In this document: piece by piece, positions 31,601 through 40,498 of the stretch
Layout of the letters: every line of letters starts with the position of its first letter
Numbering within the stretch: the first letter of the stretch is position 1
IMG/VR virus record: IMGVR_UViG_3300045004_000209
DNA: 64,000 nucleotides
Direction: 5' to 3' (one strand)
From: an uncultured virus (IMG/VR IMGVR_UViG_3300045004_000209)
Taxonomy: Duplodnaviria > Heunggongvirae > Uroviricota > Caudoviricetes
Notes under the pieces: model-generated
Told to the model about the DNA's origin: nothing
What the model saw: only the letters and a program-made list of their open reading frames with translations
Database searches by the model: none
Made by a program: the position numbers and the translations under genes

Positions 31601-34600
31601 CCAGGCATGTCTTTTAGCACAACAGTATTTGCCGAATGCAACTATGATAAAGGAAACTTTGGATTCGTTTATAGACAACGTGTCCATGGAGTATCCTTGT
31701 CATATCAGGGTGGTTCTTTTGCAGCGCTGATGGGTGGCGACGGAGGTGGCGACGGAGGTGGCGACGGAGGTGGCGACGGAGGTGGCGACGGAGGTGGCGA
31801 CGGAGGTGGCGACGGAGGTGGCGACGGAGGTGGCGACGGAGGTGGCGACGGAGGTGGCGACGGAGGTTCGGGTGATGGATCTTCTGGATCGCCTATACCA
31901 CGCCCAGATCCTTCAGAATTGACTGATGAGGCGGGTCTGATTTTTAGAAATGAGATCGTCTTGCCACTAACAGCCACATGCTACATACACGACCTTAATG
32001 ATGCAGACAGCGGTTGGACAAGAACCGCAGATATGGGTTTCAAGAAATGCTGGCACGGGATGGCGTATGCACATGGTCATTTTTACTCTATAGGAGGATT
32101 GACATCTGCTGGAGTGACCAACTACATGGAGCGGTGGTCGTCATCAGAGAACAGGTGGAAAAGTTGCGCCAAAATGCCGAAGCCATTGATGGGTATGTCG
32201 GTAGCAAACGACGATCAATACATCTATGTCGTTGGCGGAGTTGAAATGGTTTTCCTCGGATCTGGCTCTTCAGGAGGTTACAAACCAAAATGTTCAAGTT
32301 ATTTCTTCAGATATAGTATAGAGGCAGATGAGTGGCAAGAGATGCCCCCCCTGCCACAGAGAACTGATTTGCCTCCTTCTCCCTCTTCTGGAGGTTTCGG
32401 TGGCTCAGGATCAAATTCTGGATCACCTCCTGTTATTAGACATGGTCATGCGTTCGGGAAGTGCATAGTTGCTGGAGACTACATTTTTGCCCTGTGTGGG
32501 GCAAGCAATGTCGAGCAAAACGTACTAGAGGTTGCAGAAGTTTCTAAATATGTTCATATTTTCAGCATATCAGCTAATAAGTGGCTTGGCTCTTTCTTGG
32601 TTCTTGATAACGATCTTGCCACCTATGGTCGTTTGTATCCTGCAGCTGTAAAAATTGATGATGCTAAATGGGCATTTACAGGGGGAAGCAGTATAATCAA
32701 TGAAGAGGTTTCCTATACATTTGGGAATGCGGATAGTGTAGTAACCGTTGAGGAATCAAGGGAGGTTTATTTCGCCGATTCTTTCATGTTTGATGTGTCA
32801 AATATTGACTCCTACTTTAGTTCACTTTCTTCTTCTTCTTCTTCTTCAAGCAACAATTCTTCTAGTAGTTCTTCAACAAGTACTGCTAGACCGTTTGATA
32901 TATATTCTGCAGATTCTATTTTTGCTGATATACCTGATCCTCGAGGGAAGGCTGCGCATGTTGATTGCGATGGCACTTTAATAATCATTGGTGGAAAACT
33001 TCCTCCAATTGGAAAATATCTTGGAACCAATGCCACCAAGAGAATGGAAATACTTGAGTTATCCAACGGTCTTTATGTTAAATCTCAAGGAAGGTCTCTT
33101 ATTGGTGGCAGGTTGTTGCTAGCATCCACTTGGGACGGAGAGTCTTTGGTTATGGTTTCTGGAGGCATAACCAATGGCAAGGCGCCAGGATTTTGCCAAA
33201 TTGCAGTCGAAGCGTTCGGAGAACAGACTGAGTCCAATGTTCAGCCTATACAGGATGGATTAAGAATTGAGGATGTCCAGGCAAGTGCTAGGCTAGATGG
33301 AATTTCTGGAGTTGATCTCAGGATTAGGGTTTTCGACGATGAGGGTAGACCTCTTGATGATGATGTTGTTGTAGAACTTGATGGCTACATAAAATTTCAA
33401 GGTAATGATTTAGAAGAGCTGTCGGTAGGCACTGGAGGCATTCCTAGCGGAGGAGGAACTGGTAATATATTTAGGCGAAGGAAAAGGAAGGGAACAAAAA
33501 TATTCCCTGTGAGGATAGATGACCGTATTGTTAACATATCGTCTGGTATTGGCTATGCAAGATTGGCTCCAAGATCTGAAGATCCTTTCAGACCATTAAG
33601 TGATATAGTAACTCTGCTTGGCAGCAGCGTTATAACTAGTGCTGATATTGGGGTTGTGGATACTTTGGCAGCTACTGATGAGCTAGATAACACCATCTCG
33701 ATTCGTCAAGGGAAAACACGCTTTCCATATCAAGTAATTGTGGCAGCAAGGATAGTTGATAATTTTTACTACGGCAGTACAGAATTTGATCCAAGTGCAG
33801 AGGCAGATCAAGCAACAGAAAACGAACTCTCATTCCCAGAGCTTTCTGACGAAGACAGATATGCTGATGCTGGTGAATTTGATTATGCTGCAGTCATGCC
33901 CGTATTCTCGGTAAGAAGAATAAGTGGGATGCTGCCAATTCGAGGAGCCTCTTCTAATGATGGGGTTGAAGCTTTTGTTTCCACTGCGATAGGAGTCATA
34001 TCTGGCATTGGTGACACTGATCTTTACTCTTTTGTTGCGCCTATTAATGGCATAGTTGACATATGTATCGAACCTAGGGGAATAAGCACACTTCGCAGCT
34101 CTATACGCATATACAATGAAGAAAGGCAGTTGGTAAAATTTGAGTCTTTGACAGACATTAATTTGAAACCGATATACAGGGCTTATTTTGACGAAAATGG
34201 AGATCATACATCGCCGCCAGATAACAGTTTTTTTGCATCAACAGGTATTCTTATAGATGTCAATACATTATCCAATCAAATATACTATGTTGAAGTGTCT
34301 TCATACGACCAAACTGAAACAAAATATCAGGTTGGAGAGTACAGAATTATTGTTTCATACCCATTAAATGAAGTCTCTGAGCAGCAGGCTTTTGGTACTG
34401 GTCAAGTTGCTTATCCAATGCCGTGCAACGGCAACATCGATTGGGAAAAATTAGAAATATGTTGGGAGCAGATGGTTCCTGTGTCTTTCTTGATAGAAAA
34501 TGGAGTTAATCCTCCCGAAGCCGATAGGGAGGTAATTTATGGTTGTGAGATGGCTCCGCACACTGTATGCGTTCGACCATGTCTGATGTCTCTCAATGAT

Positions 34601-37600
34601 CCCAAGTCAATTATAGGAGTTGCTTCTGGAGACTTGAATTGGAAGATTCTTAGGTTACCGCCCTATCCATGCGGTCAGCAGCCGCAGCCGCCTCAGGGGG
34701 GAGAGGCATGTGAAACAGATTGGCCATCTCCTGACTGCAACAAGGAAATCGGAGAGTTTGCAGTTGATCTTTGCGGTCAGTTTGAAAACGGAGAGAATTT
34801 CCTCAAATGGGCGTGGTCTCCGCAATCGCCCTTGTGGATGTGTAAGACAGATTTGTGCAAACACTGCCCAAATCTATGCAGCATAAAATCTTGGCCTGAT
34901 TTCACAATTCAATCATGTCTTAACACATGCAGCGACCCAATAGTGTGCAACACTCATACAGAAGATGACAGAATAGACTTCTCTTGTGCTGACAGATATT
35001 GGACAACCTATCTTGGCTTTGATCTTAGAACTAGATCTGTTTGGGGTCAGGTTGCTTTTGGCCCTGAAGGCAACAGAGTTCCTACAGAATTAAATCCTAT
35101 ATATCCAGGATATGACCCTGCAGCGGTTCAGCAGGCTCAAATAGACCCATCAACTGCAAATTTCTCACAATATTTGATGCCAACAATTTTGCCCAAATTG
35201 AGAAAGAATTTTAGATTCCTAGTCACATGCGAAGTCACTGGTCAAAACTTTCAGTTTTCAGCTCTCATGTCAGGATCTAGCAGTGACTCTTCGAGATCTG
35301 ATTTAAAATTTGGCAGTATTTCTTCATGCCCATTCACATGCCCATCGTGCTTGAGAAATACCAATACGGTTGGGGGTATTTCTTGCACTGGATCTAATAA
35401 CACTATTTGCACCCCTGTTACCGTTGTTGCGAATAATTCTAGTTTCAATTTTAGATCCTTCACATCTATGGCTTTAACATCGGGCGACTCTTCTAGTAGT
35501 TCTTCTGATGGAGTAGGAGGATCGGTTTATTTACCACCTCCTCTTGAGGCGCAACTTGATTCAGAGGCCTTGCGATTTGACTTGATAGGAGGACAATATG
35601 CATTTACCAATTTCTTGTCCAATGCAGCTGGGATAACTTTACTAGATCTGCCCGACAATCCCATCATACAGTATTACTCTGATCTTGACTGGGTTCCCAC
35701 TGTAAGAACTTGGAAGTATGAAGGTCAAAATGCCGTTTCAGACGCAATACAGCGCATCGGTGAATTGTCAGGCAGCCGTCCGTTTGGATGTTCTCCAATG
35801 TATGACGCAATTGCTCAAGCAGCAAGAGAGTCAGACGCTATAACTGATCAGGATGGCTCTGTAATTACATTTGTTCTAACTGACGGGGAAGAAAATTTGA
35901 GTAGATTGAATGCAGTAGAAACTGTAGGAGATCTAATTTCAATCAGGGGTTCTAGAAATAGTCCATTATATTTCGTCAATCTTGCAGACTATTATCCTAC
36001 CACTGTCTCGGCGCAAGCAACCTTAGCAGATCAGGGAGAGCAGAGATATATGGTTCTCTCTACTAATGGCGCATCCATGGCGATTGTTGATGCCTCTTCT
36101 GTTGACTCTGTGTCTCGCTCCGCTATCAGAATAGCTCGTGGATTGGCAGGCGGTCAATACCAAGCAGTACTCAATTTTGGTCGTAAGGTTAATCTAGAAT
36201 CTCTTGAGGTGGTTGGTAATGAATCTGCCATCGTATCGGTTTCAATATCAAAGACAAATGACGGTATTTCTTTCTATGGGACGGATGTAGTCGCGACTCC
36301 CTCCATGCCTTGGCTAGGAGATCTTATGGGAGATATTTTTAGAATAAACATTTCATTGATCCAAAAATTTCCTGAAGAGAATGAATCTTTTGTTGAAGCG
36401 CTGCTGAGATCCGTAACAATAAAATATTCTTTACCTACAGAGACGCTCATAGTCTCGAAGCCAAATCAATTGAATGCTGCGCCACATCAGATTGTGGGCG
36501 TTGCACATGCTAGTATTGGAGAAGCAACTGATGTTAAGTTCTCGGCGGCAGCTCATCCTTATACATCTTGGGAGAAATTTTCTAATGAAATAACTCTCGC
36601 AGCAGTTGGCGGTGGCAGGGTTATCGTACCTATAAGGTCAGCTGATCCAAATGGAGTATTTGTGGATGCATTGATAAAGGTGTCTCCCCACTTGTATGTT
36701 TCTAGGCTTGGCCCTTGGCAGCGTGGATCTTCTGTTGTTGTCAAATCAGGTGCAGATGTTGTTGAAGCAGATAAGTATAGGGCTGATGCTGATTCTGGAA
36801 CGGTTGTCTTCAAATCCGCCTATGATGTTGCCGACATGACAATAGCAATCGGCACACCATACGAAGGAGTGTTTGCTTTCAATATCGCCAACAAATCATT
36901 TGAGCAGACCGCCTGTATAGAATCTTTTGTTGTTGATATGCTAGAGGCTCCATATCCAAGACCTGAATATAATTCCAAGCCTGAAGTGCTTGATCTTAAA
37001 TTCTTGTCTAGTTTTTACACTCAATACTCAACCATATCTATATATTATCTGTTTGTTGATGCTGATGGCGACCAAGAGGACATCGAGAAAACAGAAATAC
37101 GTTGGTATAAAAACGGCGTTGAGATGCCAATTATATTTGGCAGCAAGAAATATAATGATCTTAATGACGCAAATGACACATTGTATGTAAATCAGTTTTG
37201 GACTAGAGAGTACTATTCTGATGCACAGACATCTGGACGCCCTGCTGAAATTTTAGCGGCACAAAATGGAGAGAGTTTTTTCAATATTGGAGACCAAGTT
37301 TATTTTGAAGTCAGACCCCACGACGGAAAAGATTTTGGTGCTGTTGTCAGGAGTCCTGTGATAACAATAGTTAGTCCGCCACTCCGTCCTCAAAGTTTTA
37401 CATTGATACCTAAATTGGAATCAGATAGATATGTAACTATAAGTCTATCCAATATGGCATTTGCATTTGCAGATTTTGACTTTTATGCTCCCGCAGAGAT
37501 TTTGGAGACCAAGATAAGGTGGAGATATCGTCTATCAGGAAGCGACGAGTTTGTCAATATAGGTGATCCGCGTCCTCTCAGGGAGTCTGCTGGATTCGGT

Positions 37601-38131
37601 GGAGGTGATTATGTGCTTGAATTGCATCGCAATCAAGTTTCTATTCTCTACCAGAGTGGCACGGCTAAAGGCTTCCCGATAGGCGGACGAATATCCGCAC
37701 AATTGATCTTTAGAGATAATTTGACTCTTGATAGTAACGAGTTGATTGTCTCTAACACTATACCAAGGGTTTCAGGGTCAACTGGGGCATTTGGGGATTT
37801 GGGTAGTGGAGACGTTCAATTGAATATACAATTGATTTTTTCAGATATTGACATTGAACTCAACCAGCCGAATCAGAGTATTTCATACCAAGTTGTTTGG
37901 GAAAAGAGTACTGAAGGAGGTGATTTCGTGCCTTTTTCGCCAATTTCTCCACAACCAACCAACAACACTTTAACTTTGTATAGTTACTCCAATGGAACTG
38001 GCGACTTTAACTGCTTCGAAGGCCCAGCAATAACATTTAGGGCAACCGTGACACCGCATGATGGATTAGAATATGGTCAACCGTTCGTCATCGAACACAA
38101 CACTGATGGTTGCGGAGACTTTTCTTGGTGA
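25688..38131 (+). CDS. Giant (4147 aa) putative virion adhesin/baseplate-associated protein with discontinuous VWA, LamG, FN3-like, Kelch, PPC-like, Cys-rich and Ig-like domains
   Basis: VWA MIDAS IVFVVDQSGSM (about 26815-26850) and GCSPMYDAI..FVLTDGEEN (about 35785-35895). LamG LILHMDEGGG..LRLNGRDQYI..WHRVAWSY..FGRVSEFSV. Kelch FYSIGG/IYVVGG/IIIGG. PPC-like GDTDLYSF..YYVEVSS..GEYRI. Ig-like YLFVDADGD..IRWYKNG..VRPHDG. Confidence 0.8.
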   Translation: MSSQEFSRISLHLHGVGGAGHGAPILVSGKTYIDVGNVVDFEFGNHASRFRFDYPEAYGSCAFDMFFEDLGLPSVCRYRIKASVSVLHNLFLRISPYAVFTNIRVVVKCGHSTFSSIQISPEDIMEAQNPEWFWIRLNWLPPEAGEQDVEMMFYGSGYVVDCFIIAVENLFLEEENQAAIISIHTATSGGKFAIIDEVVVSDFNKNTIIDSFSSAYTTVHIKILDVADDNTVVGEYPIVGVESDVTPYAEDGWVNFGLRSLPGFDVPAMPTKFGVAVIQSPASPSRYFVWDEDAVSASDQATKTLIYSTSGNYEVPNRMAIRVYAASPSSDVCIQTSPAIQKSITITDFDNASLKPKFTNTASVEGGLALNLPERTIVFVVDQSGSMSWSDKSKARYDVASNILSAINNAYPGRLNSVISTFQGDTIKVEWFAATEEQISTPSNPLVAKGGALKDEGTDFYGVQVVRRYDRYPVSPTDGDIVANGLVDMHVNISPSGVSNVYYGIYPYDSRGVFGEASYIRVPIGGPRPPGIKSLIGKEMVGTGVKRSQDAALILHMDEGGGEKLYDFSYNSNHASVFYGPVPPLWVGGDQSPPTPTGEGKGFALRLNGRDQYIKTNSDVGNIVGDLTFAIWVYGTSSSGNKSIIFTIVNGDPLIIYWDGSQVHSYWSGNSLSMPMSADNWHRVAWSYSKDSSVIRLYVGADFAEISCNTVQSFYIGGVCVGADPDGKFARWFGRVSEFSVHASFLEVQVQSSLSSGVLQDNGDRAVVLSWFVGPHAVGEGENVRIKIKRTKELGHLRVLNQDIAGASNVGSYLGSVNSRPPGSGNQDISQSDLRVRMALGDDVGPCDVDQGDTVVDDFFGIGEHEFMFNDDFDSPLTPGAQGQRGRLIWGGMRHFFRIFSSSSDGSSDFSAPEDSGLFQYTPRMVLENERPSVSLPPVSVLSARASRSKVILNWIPPISSDVSSIIVYYQKNDFPIVEQDGGLSSGYYPIFVGDPQDNSCVLRSGRICVADRPLASINDFFGELSLLGEDCAQDIEPGKKAYFSVYTRDRYGNLSSPESIEVIIPQSESPIGVGPEAVYGLRYDRIDSRTTTVRWFNPLLPRLFFDVNAWFDERVYLYCRVTDQYGNALPDQNNFTITTEFVYSSSDQGSVTIPGFCFTNTDFTFDALTRSASVQLFKFRDTVRFNQVSLANGWTRFDISLAPASPERLACLESIFFSAKVGITIRQNAVGDSVNILGSDSTATSDRSFAFVTQPIRIAFQNPIGITLTAGAGDSVSYECTGLARSSLNGQSFCGSPASTVNPTTVEVGAYAGRKLPLSFAVFAQYRKKGLPAGSVCTINSFDADMPKYSSSVGDEGAFTEVCSNINNREFFGVAEQVDLPGPSLWQRVEAATNIIDTATYKDSTILIPSSPVAYFSSPTEIIYYSTTLTGGMSVADFYIQVPDVSCAAEVCATVSINGLRRTVHKYIVVAPTLRVDFTARSPIANGLDIAQQVAEISIIDPDKSNATTVLRKPSPDGTPVRWELIGFRNSRNRPFYSTSQSDDPRYAFGVWDFTVGGKSDRVYFGPASDVVTSIVTRSSPGSSIGDNGDVNFGGSQSVYYIIPEEYVIRVSVSLSGQSASVSTVACLIPYQNEEVEDPIVENSLQTAAIYADGPVQSFGYRNTQIIYSDGEQSAIFRTVRDVMSLDQIDQNINTDNFKSCYISDDGSLYGSLPNATYVPMSENTVIDVKIHRPVRFTEEGSTSIPYWSSPVKIIKGGLVYTNDSTLQLEPGNQTYFRVLSNAFIPLKWNRFGKPTTARTGNVTCETFSVAGWSDLPSSDPENPNNWIDYDIAVSVAANLFVNSSIYTSTVYGEGRKGMGVPEKLIKFREPLNVHFGWIERDGQRLFTNEVLADGEAHHNLVFVVTFANNPVPADVDVYITSCGSELPGVSAQTLKTQVVNESGSWYEPNEIGEVPALSSVVKVAILPISPGMSFSTTVFAECNYDKGNFGFVYRQRVHGVSLSYQGGSFAALMGGDGGGDGGGDGGGDGGGDGGGDGGGDGGGDGGGDGGGDGGGDGGSGDGSSGSPIPRPDPSELTDEAGLIFRNEIVLPLTATCYIHDLNDADSGWTRTADMGFKKCWHGMAYAHGHFYSIGGLTSAGVTNYMERWSSSENRWKSCAKMPKPLMGMSVANDDQYIYVVGGVEMVFLGSGSSGGYKPKCSSYFFRYSIEADEWQEMPPLPQRTDLPPSPSSGGFGGSGSNSGSPPVIRHGHAFGKCIVAGDYIFALCGASNVEQNVLEVAEVSKYVHIFSISANKWLGSFLVLDNDLATYGRLYPAAVKIDDAKWAFTGGSSIINEEVSYTFGNADSVVTVEESREVYFADSFMFDVSNIDSYFSSLSSSSSSSSNNSSSSSSTSTARPFDIYSADSIFADIPDPRGKAAHVDCDGTLIIIGGKLPPIGKYLGTNATKRMEILELSNGLYVKSQGRSLIGGRLLLASTWDGESLVMVSGGITNGKAPGFCQIAVEAFGEQTESNVQPIQDGLRIEDVQASARLDGISGVDLRIRVFDDEGRPLDDDVVVELDGYIKFQGNDLEELSVGTGGIPSGGGTGNIFRRRKRKGTKIFPVRIDDRIVNISSGIGYARLAPRSEDPFRPLSDIVTLLGSSVITSADIGVVDTLAATDELDNTISIRQGKTRFPYQVIVAARIVDNFYYGSTEFDPSAEADQATENELSFPELSDEDRYADAGEFDYAAVMPVFSVRRISGMLPIRGASSNDGVEAFVSTAIGVISGIGDTDLYSFVAPINGIVDICIEPRGISTLRSSIRIYNEERQLVKFESLTDINLKPIYRAYFDENGDHTSPPDNSFFASTGILIDVNTLSNQIYYVEVSSYDQTETKYQVGEYRIIVSYPLNEVSEQQAFGTGQVAYPMPCNGNIDWEKLEICWEQMVPVSFLIENGVNPPEADREVIYGCEMAPHTVCVRPCLMSLNDPKSIIGVASGDLNWKILRLPPYPCGQQPQPPQGGEACETDWPSPDCNKEIGEFAVDLCGQFENGENFLKWAWSPQSPLWMCKTDLCKHCPNLCSIKSWPDFTIQSCLNTCSDPIVCNTHTEDDRIDFSCADRYWTTYLGFDLRTRSVWGQVAFGPEGNRVPTELNPIYPGYDPAAVQQAQIDPSTANFSQYLMPTILPKLRKNFRFLVTCEVTGQNFQFSALMSGSSSDSSRSDLKFGSISSCPFTCPSCLRNTNTVGGISCTGSNNTICTPVTVVANNSSFNFRSFTSMALTSGDSSSSSSDGVGGSVYLPPPLEAQLDSEALRFDLIGGQYAFTNFLSNAAGITLLDLPDNPIIQYYSDLDWVPTVRTWKYEGQNAVSDAIQRIGELSGSRPFGCSPMYDAIAQAARESDAITDQDGSVITFVLTDGEENLSRLNAVETVGDLISIRGSRNSPLYFVNLADYYPTTVSAQATLADQGEQRYMVLSTNGASMAIVDASSVDSVSRSAIRIARGLAGGQYQAVLNFGRKVNLESLEVVGNESAIVSVSISKTNDGISFYGTDVVATPSMPWLGDLMGDIFRINISLIQKFPEENESFVEALLRSVTIKYSLPTETLIVSKPNQLNAAPHQIVGVAHASIGEATDVKFSAAAHPYTSWEKFSNEITLAAVGGGRVIVPIRSADPNGVFVDALIKVSPHLYVSRLGPWQRGSSVVVKSGADVVEADKYRADADSGTVVFKSAYDVADMTIAIGTPYEGVFAFNIANKSFEQTACIESFVVDMLEAPYPRPEYNSKPEVLDLKFLSSFYTQYSTISIYYLFVDADGDQEDIEKTEIRWYKNGVEMPIIFGSKKYNDLNDANDTLYVNQFWTREYYSDAQTSGRPAEILAAQNGESFFNIGDQVYFEVRPHDGKDFGAVVRSPVITIVSPPLRPQSFTLIPKLESDRYVTISLSNMAFAFADFDFYAPAEILETKIRWRYRLSGSDEFVNIGDPRPLRESAGFGGGDYVLELHRNQVSILYQSGTAKGFPIGGRISAQLIFRDNLTLDSNELIVSNTIPRVSGSTGAFGDLGSGDVQLNIQLIFSDIDIELNQPNQSISYQVVWEKSTEGGDFVPFSPISPQPTNNTLTLYSYSNGTGDFNCFEGPAITFRATVTPHDGLEYGQPFVIEHNTDGCGDFSW
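31733..31867 (+). repeat. Perfect 12-bp tandem repeat (GGTGGCGACGGA) x11 encoding (GGDG)n
   Basis: Directly visible with no mismatches, in frame within the 4147-aa ORF. Confidence 0.97.
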
Positions 38132-38146
38132 GCCGTATATTTTATC

Positions 38147-38845
38147 ATGAAGACATTTTTTTGCATCCTATCGCACGGGCGGGCGAATCTAACCATCAGA
38201 TGCGTTAGGCATCTTGAGAGTTTTTGTTTTGGTCAAATTCGCGTTCTTGATAATGGGTCTGAAGCAGATGAATTCTTGTTTTTGAGAGACAATTTGCCCA
38301 AGAGTGCTAGATTGATGAGAAGTGATGTGAATCTTGGGATAACGCAAGGAAGAATTAGGATGGCAGACGATGCATTTTCTTCTTGTGCTGATATGGTCAT
38401 TTTTCTTGATAATGACCAATTCCCATCTGCAGGAGCGATTGAAGCCTACAAGCATATTGGCGATGGATGCATATTAGGCGCTGAAGCTTGGTCTATGAAT
38501 CAGGCATTCAGGCCTGTCAGGAAAATTGATAACCATGGCGAGCAATTCACCTATATTGGATGCGGGGGCATGGCTGTGCGCAAAGACATTTGGAGTGCGC
38601 TAGGAGGTTTTGATAGTCAATTTAGTCCTTATTATTTTGAAGACCCAGATTTTTGTCTTAGATTTGTGGAGTCTGGGGGAGAGATGCGGGTCATGCGCCC
38701 ACATGAGATGAAACACGAGGCCCATAGCACCCTTGGGGTCAAGAGGGATAGGATGTCTATGTTTTTGGCAAACTACCAAAGATTTCATAAAAAATGGGTT
38801 GGTAAAGAGCATCTGCTCCAGAGTGGTTCAATAAGATGGGAATAG
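38147..38845 (+). CDS. Glycosyltransferase family 2
   Basis: VLDNGS, FLDND (DxD) and YYFEDPDFCLR motifs. Confidence 0.88.
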   Translation: MKTFFCILSHGRANLTIRCVRHLESFCFGQIRVLDNGSEADEFLFLRDNLPKSARLMRSDVNLGITQGRIRMADDAFSSCADMVIFLDNDQFPSAGAIEAYKHIGDGCILGAEAWSMNQAFRPVRKIDNHGEQFTYIGCGGMAVRKDIWSALGGFDSQFSPYYFEDPDFCLRFVESGGEMRVMRPHEMKHEAHSTLGVKRDRMSMFLANYQRFHKKWVGKEHLLQSGSIRWE

Positions 38846-39744
38846 AGGTATGGCACAACTCGGCTGAAGGCACTGGGAGGGGGCACTTTGCAAACGCTTT
38901 TTTGCAATCAATTAGGGACGGTGATTTGGATCGCGGTTTGGGTAATGTGGGTATAAATTTTATACATGGCAAGACAAGGAAGGGGTATTTTAATGTTTTG
39001 AGGGTTGACGGTGTTTATTACGATTTGGCGCGTATGAGAATGAATGATTCAATAAGAAGAGCTATAGAAACTCACGACTTGGTCATATACCAAAGCTCAT
39101 TTTCTAAGATTTTCGCTGAAAGGATGCTTGGTGTCAGGGCGAGAAAAGATTGCGTGATATACAACGGAACTAGCATGGTGCCTAGCGAAAAAAAAATAGA
39201 AAGGGAGGACATCATAGTCGCATGCTCTCGCTGGCGAACTAACAAGAGGCCAAAGGCAATCGCTAGAGCTTTTGTCCATGCAAGTGATGACTTTGGCATG
39301 GTCGCAAAATTGTTTTTTGTTGGCGATGTTGACCCGCCTAGCAGAATCAGCCACCACAATATATACTATATAGGATCTAAAAATCACGATTATATGCGCG
39401 GTCTATACCATCGTGCAAAATTGATGATTCATGTTTGTCATCTTGACAGTTGTCCAAATTCTGTTGTAGAGGGGCTCAGGATGGGGTTGCCTGTTTTGTG
39501 TAATAACATAGGCGGGACAAAAGAATTGATTGACGAAAATTGCATGATATCAAACATAGACAGGGAATTTTCCTTTAGGCCAGTGGTCAATATGGATCAG
39601 GTGGGGGATGACGCTGTAGATTGTCGCATGTTGGGTCGCGACATGAGCATCGCATTTAAAAAATGTAAAATAAAATATAGAGAAGATATGTCTATGACAT
39701 ATTGTGCTAGTAAATATGCTGAAGAAATACGAAAAAATATCTAA
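38836..39744 (+). CDS. Glycosyltransferase family 4 (GT-B)
   Basis: DSCPNSVVEGLRMGLPVLCNNIGGTKEL, a D/E-x7-E motif. Confidence 0.85.
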   Translation: MGIEVWHNSAEGTGRGHFANAFLQSIRDGDLDRGLGNVGINFIHGKTRKGYFNVLRVDGVYYDLARMRMNDSIRRAIETHDLVIYQSSFSKIFAERMLGVRARKDCVIYNGTSMVPSEKKIEREDIIVACSRWRTNKRPKAIARAFVHASDDFGMVAKLFFVGDVDPPSRISHHNIYYIGSKNHDYMRGLYHRAKLMIHVCHLDSCPNSVVEGLRMGLPVLCNNIGGTKELIDENCMISNIDREFSFRPVVNMDQVGDDAVDCRMLGRDMSIAFKKCKIKYREDMSMTYCASKYAEEIRKNI

Positions 39745-40498
39745 TATTAAAGATGGAGTTTCGGTTGTTGTCACTCTTTTCAATTACTCCAAATTTATAA
39801 AGGAATGCATCAGGTCTTTTGGATCTCAAGATGTAGATTTTCCATGCGAGATGATTATCGTTGACGATGGCAGTACAGACGGAGGACATGTGGTTGCTGC
39901 CAACGAAGCAGGGAGATGTCGACACGATATTGTCATAGAAAAATTCGATAGTAACCGTGGTTACTCATTCGCAAAAAATCATGGCATTAGGATGGCGAGG
40001 TTTGGTTATATAAAGATTCTTGATGCTGATGACATGCTTTACGACGGCTGTCTGCGTAATGGTTTTGAAGCCTTAAGTTCTGATTGCGAATTCGTTCACG
40101 GTCCTTGTTTGGTCCATAATTGGAAAAACAATAAGTTGGTATCTAGCGGCCTGCACAGGATGGAAGATGAATGGGTCAAGCATAAGGATGGGGCATCCCC
40201 ATATCTTGGCATCCATGCTCAGGGCACCATGTATCACAGATCTCTTCATTCAAAATTTGGATTGTACGACGAAACCATGAGTTCAAAAGCTGACAGAGAG
40301 ATGTGGGCAAGATTTTATCATAATGGAGTTAGCATGTGTCGAAAAGATCACATTATGGCAATTTACAGACAACACCCAAAGCAGATGTCTAGGTCTGTTA
40401 AAAAAAAATATAATTTAAAAAGCATAAATGATTATTTTAATGATGTTGTGTTGAGGCGAAAAAATGGAGACATGAGAGGCTTAGAGATGCTGAAATGA
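39716..40498 (+). CDS. Glycosyltransferase family 2
   Basis: VSVVVTLFN, IVDDGSTD, AKNHGI and ILDADD. The ATG at 39716 is preferred over the GTG at 39704. Confidence 0.9.
   Translation: MLKKYEKISNIKDGVSVVVTLFNYSKFIKECIRSFGSQDVDFPCEMIIVDDGSTDGGHVVAANEAGRCRHDIVIEKFDSNRGYSFAKNHGIRMARFGYIKILDADDMLYDGCLRNGFEALSSDCEFVHGPCLVHNWKNNKLVSSGLHRMEDEWVKHKDGASPYLGIHAQGTMYHRSLHSKFGLYDETMSSKADREMWARFYHNGVSMCRKDHIMAIYRQHPKQMSRSVKKKYNLKSINDYFNDVVLRRKNGDMRGLEMLK

Noticed and set aside
31705..31977. Pro-rich (PPPS)n and (ATEV)n ORFs, or a CRISPR-like array
   Set aside because: These are other-frame readings of the 12-bp tandem repeat; there are no spacers.
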